Assembly: GCA_030390025.1 (NCBI GenBank)
Contig: CM059431.1
Coordinates: forward strand, 97,404,001-97,468,000
Origin: Squalus acanthias
Lineage: Eukaryota
Length of the DNA stretch: 64,000 nucleotides
Reading direction: 5' to 3'
In this document: positions 1-11,327 of the stretch, in pieces
How positions within the stretch are numbered: position 1 is the stretch's first letter
Layout of the letters: each line of letters begins with the position of its first letter
Position numbers and translations under genes: made by a program
Notes under the pieces: model-generated
Told to the model about the DNA's origin: nothing
The model's database searches: none
The model's input: only the letters and a program-made list of their open reading frames with translations

Positions 1-71
1 GTTAGAGCTTCAGATTCATTATCAGCGACTCATGCAATGTCAATGAGAGAGATGGAACACTATTCAGTCAC

Positions 72-2441
72 CAGCTTGCTCTGCTGCACCCGTCTGTCCG
101 TCCCCCACTTGCGTTTCCTCCTGGACGCCCACGATCTCCAGGACCGCCTCCTCCCAGGGGGTGAGCTGGGCTAAGGAGGGTGGGCCTCCTCCTGTCCTGG
201 CTCTTTCTCTTTTATTGTGAGCTCTCTTTTCCTGCAATGAGGGAGACAAGTGGAGTTTGAGTGAGATTGAAGGAGTGAGTGTAGAGAGTCCATAGCATAG
301 ATGCTCAGAAGGAGACAAAGATGGAGTGAGGTGGCAAGACCAAGGGCCCTCCCTGTGTGTTGTAAGTTGTTTTCATAGCATGACAGTGATAGGGAGTGTG
401 AGGGCTGCATAGTGGAATAGTAAGGTGAATATGACCATAGAGGGAGAGGGAATGGGTAAGGGTGCATGGATGTCAGTGTCAAGTGGGATATGGAGGAAGA
501 GGTTGCTAAAGCTGAGTGCTGGTGAGGAGAGGCAATGGGGATCAGATTGAGGGTGAAGGGAAAGTCATGCTCACTTTAGCAGTTGTAAGGGATTCTGACC
601 CTGCGTGTCTCGCAGCCTGTGAGATTCACGCGGCTCTGTGCAGCCTGTATGTCAGTGCGGGTCTAGGCCTTGTTGCCTGTTCTGGTCTCCAGCCAGTCTG
701 GGAACACTAGACACACCTGTGAGTGGTTCGAATCACTCGCCCTTACGGTTCTAGACACTGGACTTAGATGCGAGAGCAGTAATGGAGATGAAACTCATGT
801 AGACTCGGTTGAATGGTACGAAATGGAAAATCTTTATTGCATGATACTTAAGATTATGAAATACATGTCATAAGCACAGATTAATGACAGTACAATCTTA
901 CAAGCAGTTATATAGTCGATCTTAGGGAAACGAGGAACGAACGGCACATAGTAAATAGGGGCACACATTACAAATATCCTTAATCCTTAAACCCTCCCCT
1001 ATCAATATCTATCCTAACTAGATTCGTAGGATTTCGAGACTCATGCTCACCACTCGTGATAACTCGGAGAAATTCCGAATAGCTGATCGGATGTTTTTCA
1101 CCGCAGCACCCACGTGTCGGTCAGGAGATCTCCTGGTCCCACTTGTTTACTTGCTTCTGCTGCTCCGGCTAGCAGGCTGGACCGTCTGCTGTGATGAAGA
1201 CCTGTGTTGGTTGGTTTAACAGGTACTTTCCGAGCACAGTTGTCAATATCATCGATGTGATATGTTCTTTGCAAGTTCGAAGAAGTCTTCCTGGCAAGGA
1301 AAACTTGGCTATTCGACCTACAGGCGCGGTCGGGATTTACTGACCGTGGCGATGGATATGGTCTTCCTCTCTTCTCATCTCATCTCATCTCATCTCATCT
1401 CGGGCCTTTGGTTCCGCTGCCAGTTACCAACATAGGTCTTCGTTACGCGACACGAGGTAGATCCGAATGGATCAGAAAGTTCAACAGTCTTTTTCAAAAA
1501 GGCAACAGGCAAGCAGGAGCCCGACTACGAGTACACAGGAGCAGCCACGATGATAAGAGTCGATCGGATAAGAGAAAGATGGACGGTTTGGAGCCTGCAA
1601 TTATAGTGCAAAATCTTCCGTTTCCCGCCCAACTATAATGTCCATTCTTTTGTTTAGGGTCTGGCGCTCAAATGTCTTGTATGGGTGATCTCCGTTCTTA
1701 ATGGGTTTCGGGGCTACTCGTAAATGTCTGAGTACCTGTTAATATTTCTCCCATTGTTAAATCGGTCGGTGTTCTCCCTGGAGGGGTTTTGGGGCTTCCA
1801 AGTGTTTTGTATAACTACCTGCTAACGGCTCTCTCATCGTAGAGTCGTTGGGATTTTACATATTAATGTCTTTTGGATGGGCCCTTGATTACTCGGTACA
1901 ATAGCTTTCATTCGTACCTGGGAGACCGATTTCAGTATTTATGTGTATACTGCAAACCCATAATGTCTCGTGTATTATCTTCACTGTGCTGAATCTTAAT
2001 CGATCTTGCACAAATGTTTATTGGAACGCCATCTTGTCTGCCTGTTGAAAAGTCTAGAATGTTCTGTCACGAGGTGCGGCGGCCATTTTACAGGCTGCTT
2101 GTGTCCACTTTAAACCTGGCAGCATTCTGCTGAAATAAAAGCTGTTTGAACGAAACTCTGTGTTTTCTCCTTATTAATAAAATCGCGATATATTGCGAAT
2201 TCTACACAGTATGTAGAAGTTCATGAAACCTCTTCCTGCAGTGGAACCAGGTCCTGTTTGTCAGAGATAAAGAGGTGACCTCCTGGGCGATCTGGACCCA
2301 CATAGCCTTTGTCTGCTGGGGAGGCTTCTTCCTCCCTGAGGAGGGGAAGAGCACCTCCTTGTTGGCTCTTGCTCCATCTACCAAAGCCTGAAGGGCAACA
2401 TCATGGAACCTGGGAGCAGCCCTGGGCGGTTGGCTGGCCAT
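72..2441 (-). pseudogene. Harbinger-type Myb/SANT-like DNA-binding protein gene, spliced, disrupted by LTR insertion
   Basis: Exon 1 runs from ATG 2441 (RAAPRF..L..LV..W.QIA.EV..RTW..CRKRF.EL) and resumes beyond the LTR at 583-575 (TAK). GTGAGC donor at 574. Acceptor TTGCAG ends at 232. Exon 2, 231-72, reads EKRAHNKRERARTGGGPP..LTPWEE in matching phase 0, with a donor at 71. Confidence 0.85.
584..2206 (-). mobile_element. Solo LTR (1623 bp) related to the LTR at 39253-40967
   Basis: TGTA...TACA termini. Exact 4-bp TSD CAGT at 580-583 and 2207-2210. Colinear homology blocks with 39253-40967. AATAAA on the minus strand at ~834-839. Confidence 0.9.
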
Positions 2442-2718
2442 TCCTGCTGCAGGTGCTGAGATTACAGGTCCAAAAGCTTGGCAGCCTGCAGAGGAAGCAA
2501 GGCTTGCTGCAGCCCTTAAATGCAGCAGCTATGATGACGTCATCGGAGGCGACTTTCAGACTGCAATAACTCATTGGCCATGGGTTCCCACATGTGAGAA
2601 CTCAATTGGCCAATTAAGTTAAAATCGCATCATTAATCCACCTTAATCTGGAGTCGGGGGGGCAACACGAAATGTAGGTAACACGACCCCAACCCGACAC
2701 CAAGACAAAATCCAGCCC

Positions 2719-5700
2719 ATATTTAAAGTGCTGTCTCTCTATATTTAAGGTGCTGTCTCTCTATATTTAAGGTGCTGTCTCTCTATATTTAAGGTGCTGT
2801 CTCTCTATATTTAAGGTGCTGTCTTCTATATTTAAGGTGAAGTCTCTCTATATTTAAGGTGCTGTCTCTCTATATTTAAGGTGCTGTCTCTCTATATTTA
2901 AGGTGCTGTCTCTCTATATTTAAGGTGTTGTCTCTATATTTAAGGTGCTGTCTCTCTATATTTAAGGTGCTATCTCTCTATATTTAAGGTGCTGTCTCTC
3001 TATATTTAAGGTGCTGCCTCTCTATATTTAAGGTGCTGTCTCTCTATATTTAAGGTGCTGTCTCTCTATATTTAAGGTGCAGTCTCTCTATATTTAAATT
3101 GCTGTTTCTATATTTAAGGAGATGTCTCTATATTTAAGGCGTGGTCTCACTATATTTAAGGAGTTGTCTATATGTTTAAGAGGCTGTCTCTCTATATTTA
3201 AGGAGCTCTCTCACTATATTTAAGGTGCTCTCTCACTATATTTAAATAAATGCCTCGAGATTTAAGTTGCTGTTTCTCTATATTTAATTTGCTGTTTCTC
3301 TATATTTAAGGTGCTGTTTCTCTATATTTAAGTTGCTGTTTCTCTATATTTAAGGTGCTGTTTCTCTATATTTAAGGTATTGTCTCTCTATATTTAAGGT
3401 GCTGTCTCTATATTTAAGTTGCTGTTTCTCTATATTTAAGGTGCTGTTTCTCTATATTTAAGGTGTTGTCTCTCTATATTTAAGGTGTTGTCTCTCTATA
3501 TTTAAGGTGCTGTCTCTATATTTAAGGTGCTGTCTCTCTATATTTAAGGTGTTGTCTCTCTATATTTAAGGTGCTTCCTCTCTATATTTAAGGTGCTGTC
3601 TCTATATTTAAGGTGCTGTCTCTATATTTAAGGTGCTGTCTCTCTATATTTAAGGTGCTCTCACTATATTTAAGGTGCTGTCTCTCTATATTTAAGGTGC
3701 TGTCTCTCTATATTTAAGGTGCTGTCTCTCTATATTTAAGGTGTTGTCTCTCTATATTAAAGGTGTTGTCTCTCTATATTTAAGGTGCTGTCTCTATATT
3801 TAAGGTGTTGTCTCTCTATATTTAAGGTGCTGTCTCTCTATATTTAAGGTGTTGTCTCTCTATATTTAAGGCGTTGTCTCTCTATATTTAAGGTGTTGTC
3901 TCTCTATATTTAAGGTGCTGTTTCTCTATATTTAAGTTGCTGTTTCTCTATATTTAAGGTGTTGTCTCTCTATATTTAAGGTGTTGTCTCTCTATATTTA
4001 AGGTGCTGTCTCTATATTTAAGGTGTTGTCTCTCTATATTTAAGGTGCTGTCTCTCTATATTTAAGGTATTGTCTCTATATTTAAGGTGCTGTCTCTCTA
4101 TATTTAAGGTGTTGTCTCTATATTTAAGGTGTTGTCTCTCTATATTTAAGGTGCTGTTTCTCTATATTTAAGTTGCTGTTTCTCTATATTTAAGGTGTTG
4201 TCTCTCTATATTTAAGGTGAAGTCTCTCTATATTTAAGGTGCTGTCTCTCTATATTTAAGGTGCTGCCTCTCTATTTAAGGTGCTGTCTCTATATTTAAG
4301 GTGCTGTCTCTATATTTAAGGTGCTGTTTCTCTATATTTAAGGTGCTGTTTCTCTATATTTAAGGTGCTGTTTCTCTATATTTAAGGTGTTGTCTCTCTA
4401 TATTTAAGGTGCTGTTTCTCTATATTTAAGGTGTTGTCTCTCTATATTTAAGGTGCTGTCTCTCTATTTAAGGTGCTGTCTCTATATTTAAGGTGCTGTT
4501 TCTCTATATTTAAGTTGCTGTTTCTCTATATTTAAGGTGTTGTCTCTCTATATTTAAGGTGCTGTCTCTCTATTTAAGGTGCTGTCTCTATATTTAAGGT
4601 GCTGTTTCTCTATATTTAAGGTGCTGTCTCTCTATATTTAAGGTGCTGTCTCTATATTTAAGTTGCTGTTTCTCTATATTTAAGGTGCTGTCTCTCTATA
4701 TTTAAGGTGTTGTCTCTCTATATTTAAGGTGCTGTCTCTATATTTAAGGTGCTGTCTCTCTATATTTAAGATGTTGTCTCTCTATATTTAAGGTGCTTCC
4801 TCTCTATATTTAAGGTGCTGTCTCTCTATATTTAAGCTGCTGTCTCTATATTTAAGGTGTTGTTTCTCTATATTTAAGCTGCTGTCTCTATATTTAAGGT
4901 GTTGTCTCTCTATATTTAAGGTGCTGTCTCTCTATATTTAAGGTGCTGTTTCTCTATATTTAAGTTGCTGTCTCTCTATATTTAAGGTGTTGTCTCTCTA
5001 TATTTAAGGTGTTGTCTCTCTATATTTAAGGTGTTGTCTCTCTATATTTCAGGTGCTGTCTCTCTATATTTAAGGTGCTGTTCTCTATATTTAAGGTGTT
5101 GTCTCTCTATATTTAAGGTGTTGTCTCTCTATATTTAAGGTGTTGTCTCTCTATATTTAAGGTGCTGTTTCTCTATATTTAAGTTGCTGTTTCTCTATAT
5201 TTAAGGTGTTGTCTCTCTATATTTAAGGTGTTGTCTCTATATTTAAGGTGTTGTCTCTCTATATTTAAGGTGCTGTCTCTCTATATTTAAGGTGTTGTCT
5301 CTATATTTAAGGTGCTGTCTCTCTATATTTAAGGTGTTGTCTCTATATTTAAGGTGTTGTCTCTCTATATTTAAGGTGCTGTTTCTCTATATTTAAGTTG
5401 CTGTTTCTCTATATTTAAGTTGCTGTTTCTCTATATTTAAGGTGCTGTCTCTATATTTAAGGTGCTGTCTCTCTATATTTAAGGTGCTGCCTCTCTATTT
5501 AAGGTGCTGTCTCTATATTTAAGGTGCTGTTTCTCTATATTTAAGGTGCTGTTTCTCTATATTTAAGGTGTTGTCTCTCTATATTTAAGGTGCTGTCTCT
5601 CTATTTAAGGTGCTGTCTCTATATTTAAGGTGCTGTTTCTCTATATTTAAGTTGCTGTTTCTCTATATTTAAGGTGTTGTCTCTCTATATTTAAGGTGCT

Positions 5701-8649
5701 GTCTCTCTATTTAAGGTGCTGTCTCTATATTTAAGTTGCTGTTTCTCTATATTTAAGGTGCTGTCTCTCTATATTTAAGGTGCTGTCTCTATATTTAAGT
5801 TGCTGTTTCTCTATATTTAAGGTGCTGTTTCTCTATATTTAAGGTGTTGTCTCTCTATATTTAAGGTGTTGTCTCTCTATATTTAAGGTGCTGTCTCTAT
5901 ATTTAAGGTGCTGTCTCTCTATATTTAAGGTGTTGTCTCTCTATATTTAAGGTGCTTCCTCTCTATATTTAAGGTGCTGTCTCCATATTTAAGCTGCTGT
6001 CTCTATATTTAAGGTGTTGTCTCTCTATATTTAAGGTGTTGTCTCTCTATATTTAAGGTGCTGTTTCTCTATATTTAAGTTGCTGTTTCTCTATATTTAA
6101 GGTGTTGTCTCTCTATATTTAAGGTGTTGTCTCTCTATATTTAAGGTGCTGTTTCTCTATATTTAAGTTGCTGTTTCTCTATATTTAAGGTGTTGTCTCT
6201 CTATATTTAAGGTGTTGTCTCTCTATATTTAAGGTGCTGTCTCTATATTTAAGGTGTTGTATCTCTATATTTAAGGTGCTGTCTCTATATTTAAGTTGCT
6301 GTTTCTCTATATTTAAGGTGCTGTCTCTCTATATTTAAGGTGCTGTCTCTATATTTATGTTGCTGTTTCTCTATATTTAAGGTGCTGTTTCTCTATATTT
6401 AAGGTGTTGTCTCTCTATATTTAAGGTGTTGTCTCTCTATATTTAAGGTGCTGTCTCTATATTTAAGGTGCTGTCTCTCTATATTTAAGGTGTTGTCTCT
6501 CTATATTTAAGGTGCTGTCTCTATATTTAAGCTGCTGTCTCTATATTTAAGGTGCTGTCTCTCTATATTTAAGGTGCTCTCACTATATTTAAGGTGCTGT
6601 CTCTCTATATTTAAGGTGCTGTCTCTCTATATTTAAGGTGTTGTCTCTCTATATTTAAGGTGTTGTCTCTCTATATTTAAGGTGCTGTCTCTCTATATTT
6701 AAGGTGTTGTCTCTCTATATTTAAGGTGCTGTTTCTCTATATTTAAGTTGCTGTTTCTCTATATTTAAGGTGTTGTCTCTCTATATTTAAGGTGTTGTCT
6801 CTCTATATTTAAGGTGTTGTCTCACTATATTTAAGGTGCTGTCTCTCTATATTTAAGGTGCTGTCTCTCTATATTTAAGGTGTTGTCTCTCTATATTTAA
6901 GGTGCTTCCTCTCTATATTTAAGGTGCTGTCTCTATATTTAAGCTGCTGTCTCTATATTTAAGGTGCTGTCTCTCTATATTTAAGGTGCTCTCACTATAT
7001 TTAAGGTGCTGTCTCTCTATATTTAAGGTGCTGTCTCTCTATATTTAAGGTGTTGTCTCTCTATATTTAAGGTGTTGTCTCTCTATATTTAAGGTGCTGT
7101 TTCTCTATATTTAAGTTGCTGTTTCTCTATATTTAAGGTGTTGTCTCTCTATATTTAAGGTGTTGTCTCTCTATATTTAAGGTGTTGTCTCTCTATATTT
7201 AAGGTGCTGTTTCTCTATATTTAAGTTGCTGTTTCTCTATATTTAAGGTGTTGTCTCTCTATATTTAAGGTGTTGTCTCTCTATATTTAAGGTGTTGTCT
7301 CTCTATATTTAAGATGCTGTTTCTCTATATTTAAGTTGCTGTTTCTCTATATTTAAGGTGTTGTCTCTCTATATTTAAGGTGTTGTCTCTCTATATTTAA
7401 GGTGCTGTCTCTATATTTAAGGTGTTGTCTCTCTATATTTAAGGTGCTGTCTTTATATTTAAGGTGCTGTCTCTCTATATTTTAGGTGCTGTCTCTATAT
7501 TTAAGGTGCTGTCTCTCTATATTTAAGGGGCTGTCTCTCTGTATTTAAATAAATGTCTCAAGATTTAAGGTGCTGTCTCTCTATAATTAAGGTGCTGTCT
7601 CTCTATATTTAAGGAGCTCTCTCACTATATTTAAGGTGCTGTCTCTCTATATTTAAGGTGCTGTCTCTCTATATTTAAGGTGTTGTCTCTCTATATTTAA
7701 GGTGCAGTCTCTCTATATTTAAGGTGTTGTCTCTCTATATTTAAGGTGCTGCCTCTCTATATTTAAGGGGCTGTCTCTCTATATTTAAGGAAATGTCTCG
7801 AGATTTAAGTTGCTGTTTCTCCAAATTTGATTTGCTGTTTCTTTATATTTAAGGAGCTGTCTCTCTATTTATGGTGCTGTCTCTCTATATTTAAGGTGCT
7901 GTCTCACTATATTTAAGGGGCTGTCTCTCTATATTTAAGGAAATGTCTCGCTATATTTAAGGTGCTGTCTCACTATATTTAAGGAGATGTCTCTCTATAT
8001 TTAAGGTGCTGACTCTCTATATTTAAGGAGATGTCTCTCTATATTTAAGGTGCTGACTCTCTATATTTAAGGTGCTGTCTCTCTATATTTAAGGTGCTGT
8101 CTCTATATTTAAATTGCTGTCTCTATATTTAAGGTGTTGTCTCACTATATTTAAGGAATTGTCTCTGTATTAAAGGTGCAGTCTCTCTATATTTAAGGAG
8201 ATGTCTCTCTATATTTAAGGTGCTGTCTCGCTATATTAAGGAGATGTCTCGATATTTAAGGTGCTGTCTCTCTATATTTAAGGTGCTGTCTCACTATATT
8301 TATGGGGCTGTCTCTCAATATTTAAGGAAATGTCTCGCTATATTTAAGGTGCTGTCTCACTATATTTAAGGAGATGTCTCTCTATATTTAAGGTGCTGAC
8401 TCTCTATATTTATGGAGATGTCTCTCTATATTTAATGTGCTGTCTCTATATTTAAATTGCTGTCTCTATATTTAAGGTGTTGTCTCACTATATTTAAGGA
8501 ATTGTCTCTATATTAAAGGTGCAGTCTCTCTATATTTAAGGAGATGTCTCTCTATATTTAAGGTGCTGTCTCACTATATTAAGGAGATGTCTCGATATTT
8601 AAGGTGCTGTCTCTCTATATTTAAGGTGCTGTCTCTCTATATTTAAGGT
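2719..8649. repeat. Tandem satellite, consensus TATATTTAAGGTGCTGTCTCTC (22 bp, with 20-bp variants), block 1
   Basis: Directly visible head-to-tail units with no unique spacers. Confidence 0.98.
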
Positions 8650-8651
8650 AA

Positions 8652-9269
8652 TGTGGAAACGTGAATAAAATGGACGACGAATTGGCTTACAAAGAATGGG
8701 TTCGCACAAGGAAAGTCTAGATTAGATTAAAGAGTGCAAAGCTAGCAGAAAGGAGAGAGACCTGCCCCAGCCTGGGGCCAAGATGATTGACTAGCTATTG
8801 TGCGGCGCCCAATCACGATCCGGCACTTTAGGGAGGCAGGTGCAGCAGTGAGACAAGTCAGGACTTGCCCGCCAGACTGAAGACCAGGTCATGGCCAAAC
8901 TGAAAGGGCTAAAGGGACCCCCATTGGAGAATGCTTGTTGCCAGGGAAGTGATGTAATGACCCATGCCTCACTGTATAAAAGGGGCTTCCCTGCCGGTAC
9001 TCTCGCTCTCTCTCTTTTTGGCTAGAAGCCGTGTGGATCATCAAGAGGGTCAGACACCTCCCGGGGACGTAAATGCTGGCAACACGTGCCTAACCCGGTG
9101 TGACTCTCGAGACACGAATGTACGGTAGAGAACCTCAATGTACTGTGCAACCATCGCCGAACAGTTGGAAGTAATAAAGTGTTGTTTTAACTCTCCGAAC
9201 CCTCGAGCCTGAATTACTCTTCGTACAGCGGAACTCCAGACGAGAACCTAGGAAAACCCGGTTCTAACA
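8652..9269 (+). repeat. ERV 5' LTR
   Basis: TG...CA termini, TATAAAA ~8975, AATAAA 9173-9178. I count 3 substitutions versus the 3' LTR by eye. Confidence 0.97.
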
Positions 9270-9272
9270 ACT

Positions 9273-9290
9273 TGGCGTAGTCGGCAGGAT
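9273..9290 (+). promoter_or_regulatory. Primer binding site, tRNA-Ser
   Basis: TGGCGTAGTCGGCAGGAT, 3 nt after the LTR, complementary to the vertebrate tRNA-Ser 3' end (ATCCTGCCGACTACGCCA, recalled). Confidence 0.92.
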
Positions 9291-9506
9291 CGCAAGACAT
9301 CAAGAAAGGGGAAAAAGTTAAGCGCTATTATTTATTGTGCCCTTTTTGCACCCTGTCTCTGCGATCTTTATTGAACGAACCAACCGGGTAGCGTACCCTC
9401 TGGCTGGCGGTTAACGGAGCACAGTGTCCCATTGCTAGCACGCGACGGAGTCTGGGACTCTGATCTATTGATAAACTTATTCGTTAAGTCTACGACCTGT
9501 GGCAAC

Positions 9507-11327
9507 ATGACGGAACCAAGTAAAAAACCAATGACGGAAAAAAGAGGCAAAGCCCCTCCCGAAACCACGTTAGAAGAAATAGTAATCCAACTTAAACAGT
9601 ATATAGAAAGTACATTCGATGTCCCACAACATGAATATAATATTGAACAAAAATTTGGTGCCTCAAAAGGACAATGGTCCCTTGATGATAAAAAAAGAGC
9701 ATGGGGCAAGACCACCCGTATGAAAGGAGGGAAAAGAAAAACGGGCTGGGTATTGGCCACCTTGAAACAGTGTAGGCAGAGGGGAGAAATAACTCGGAAA
9801 GCGGCAGAGGCCAAAGAAAGAGAACAAAAAATAGCTCTCCATGAACAAATAACAAAATATAAAACCGAGTTAGAGGAACACCAAAAATGCCTTGAAAAAG
9901 CAAACGAAAGAGCAGAAAAGTGGAAGCCAAAAACCAAGAAGGAAAGGGAGGCACATAGGGAAAGCCCAAAAGTGGTGACAATTACCCTGACACCCTTGTA
10001 CCCTACCTATCCTGCAGCCCCTCCGGCATATGAACAGCCCACGCCCCAACCCTGATCAGACGAAGCCCATATTGCTAAAATAAATACTCCTCTTCCGGAC
10101 TCATCAGACGAAGGAGATATAACCGAGAAACCACCCCCACGCCTTGCCCCCATCAGATTACAAAAACATGAAGTAGGCGGCCGAAATCTCCGAATTTATA
10201 CCTATTACCCGGCCAACCCAAAAGATATAGATCAATGGGCAACTGATATGCCGCACCCAAAGAAAAGCGGAGTAAAAGCCTGGCAGTTCTTGGAACGAAA
10301 AAGAACAATCTCTAACCTGCACCCATTTGATGGATGCCAGGTTATAGCAGTAGTAGTTAGCGCAAGAGAGTCGGCCGCCCTGACGGCAATAGTAAATATG
10401 ACCGTCACCAGACGAGCAAATGCCCTACTTAACGCAGCCAGACAAGCACACCAAGTGGCATTAGCGGCGCATCAAGCAGCCCACCCACCTCCAGCTGCCG
10501 GAGCCGTACTCCCTGCCGTACCACCTCCAGCTCCACCAGTCCTAATAGTCCCCCCTGACCTAGCTATGATAGAGTCAGAAGCCGATAGGACAGAAGGGTG
10601 GACGGCCATTAGAAATTGGCTACAGGAAAGGGGCCCAACCAATCCAGACTGGTCCAAAATAGCCTCCTGTGTCCAAAACGAAAAAGAAGACCCCAATGAC
10701 TTCGCTGTTCGTTTTGCTAACCAGTGGATAGAGTACTCTGGCATGGGACAGAATACCGAAGCAGAGGTGGATGCCTGCACCCATGAACCCTTAAAAAATG
10801 CATTTATGAATGGTTTGAGACCTGACCTGGCAAAATTGGTAAAATTAACAATGGCAGACTGGAAAACAAACGCAGTCTCTTTTGCGAACTTGACCCAACA
10901 AGCCGTAACCCAGGATAGAGAACACTGTGCCAATCTCCGAGTCATGAAACTAAACCCCCCGGAGCGAGCAAGCTCTGCACCCCCCTCGGGAAACCCAGAT
11001 AAGAAACCAGGCACTTGCTACAAATGTGGGAAAGAGGGACACTGGGCGAGAACATGCCAAGTGGGTAACAGGGGTAGAGGAAGAAGCAACAACAGAGGAA
11101 GAGGTGGGGGAGGGCAATGGCAAGGACGGGCAGTCCCAGATAATCAACCCGGTACAAACCCGTGGCAGACCCTGGGCGCCGCCGGCCTTTATGACACCCA
11201 AACAATTACCTCCTCCCCACTGACCCTTAGCCCTGGAGAAATGGCAATAGTGGAAATGTACCGGAACTCAAACTCCACCGGAAGGGAAACCTTCGATGGC
11301 ATGGCCCGACAGCAAGCAAAAAACTAA
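9507..11327 (+). pseudogene. gag: ERV gag with one in-frame TGA at 10053-10055
   Basis: ORFs 9432-10055 and 10248-11327 share a frame that is open between them. PPAY late-domain motif, capsid MHR-like Q..KEDP.DF..R, and one CCHC knuckle CYKCGKEGHWARTC. The start codon is uncertain. Confidence 0.9.
11318..11324 (+). other. Predicted -1 ribosomal frameshift site A AAA AAC
   Basis: Canonical X XXY YYZ heptamer immediately before the gag TAA. pol lies in the -1 frame and is open from here. Confidence 0.8.

Larger units (their letters stand above)
1..2718 (-). mobile_element. PIF/Harbinger DNA transposon, one end (continues left of the window), interrupted by a solo LTR
   Basis: Ends in AAAATCCAGCCC (2707-2718) followed by ATA, the same TIR and target triplet as the MITE at 48139-48892. 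Subterminal sequence 2530-2700 is homologous to ~48700-48880. Carries a Myb/SANT gene. Confidence 0.8.

Noticed and set aside
721..738. tRNA gene suggested by GGTTCGAATC
   Set aside because: No cloverleaf, acceptor stem or clear A box; the hairpin register does not fit a T arm.
670..873. Apparently conserved peptide (TCEWF..LALTVL..GLRC) shared with ORF 39212-39445
   Set aside because: Explained by nucleotide conservation of the LTR; starts and ends do not correspond.
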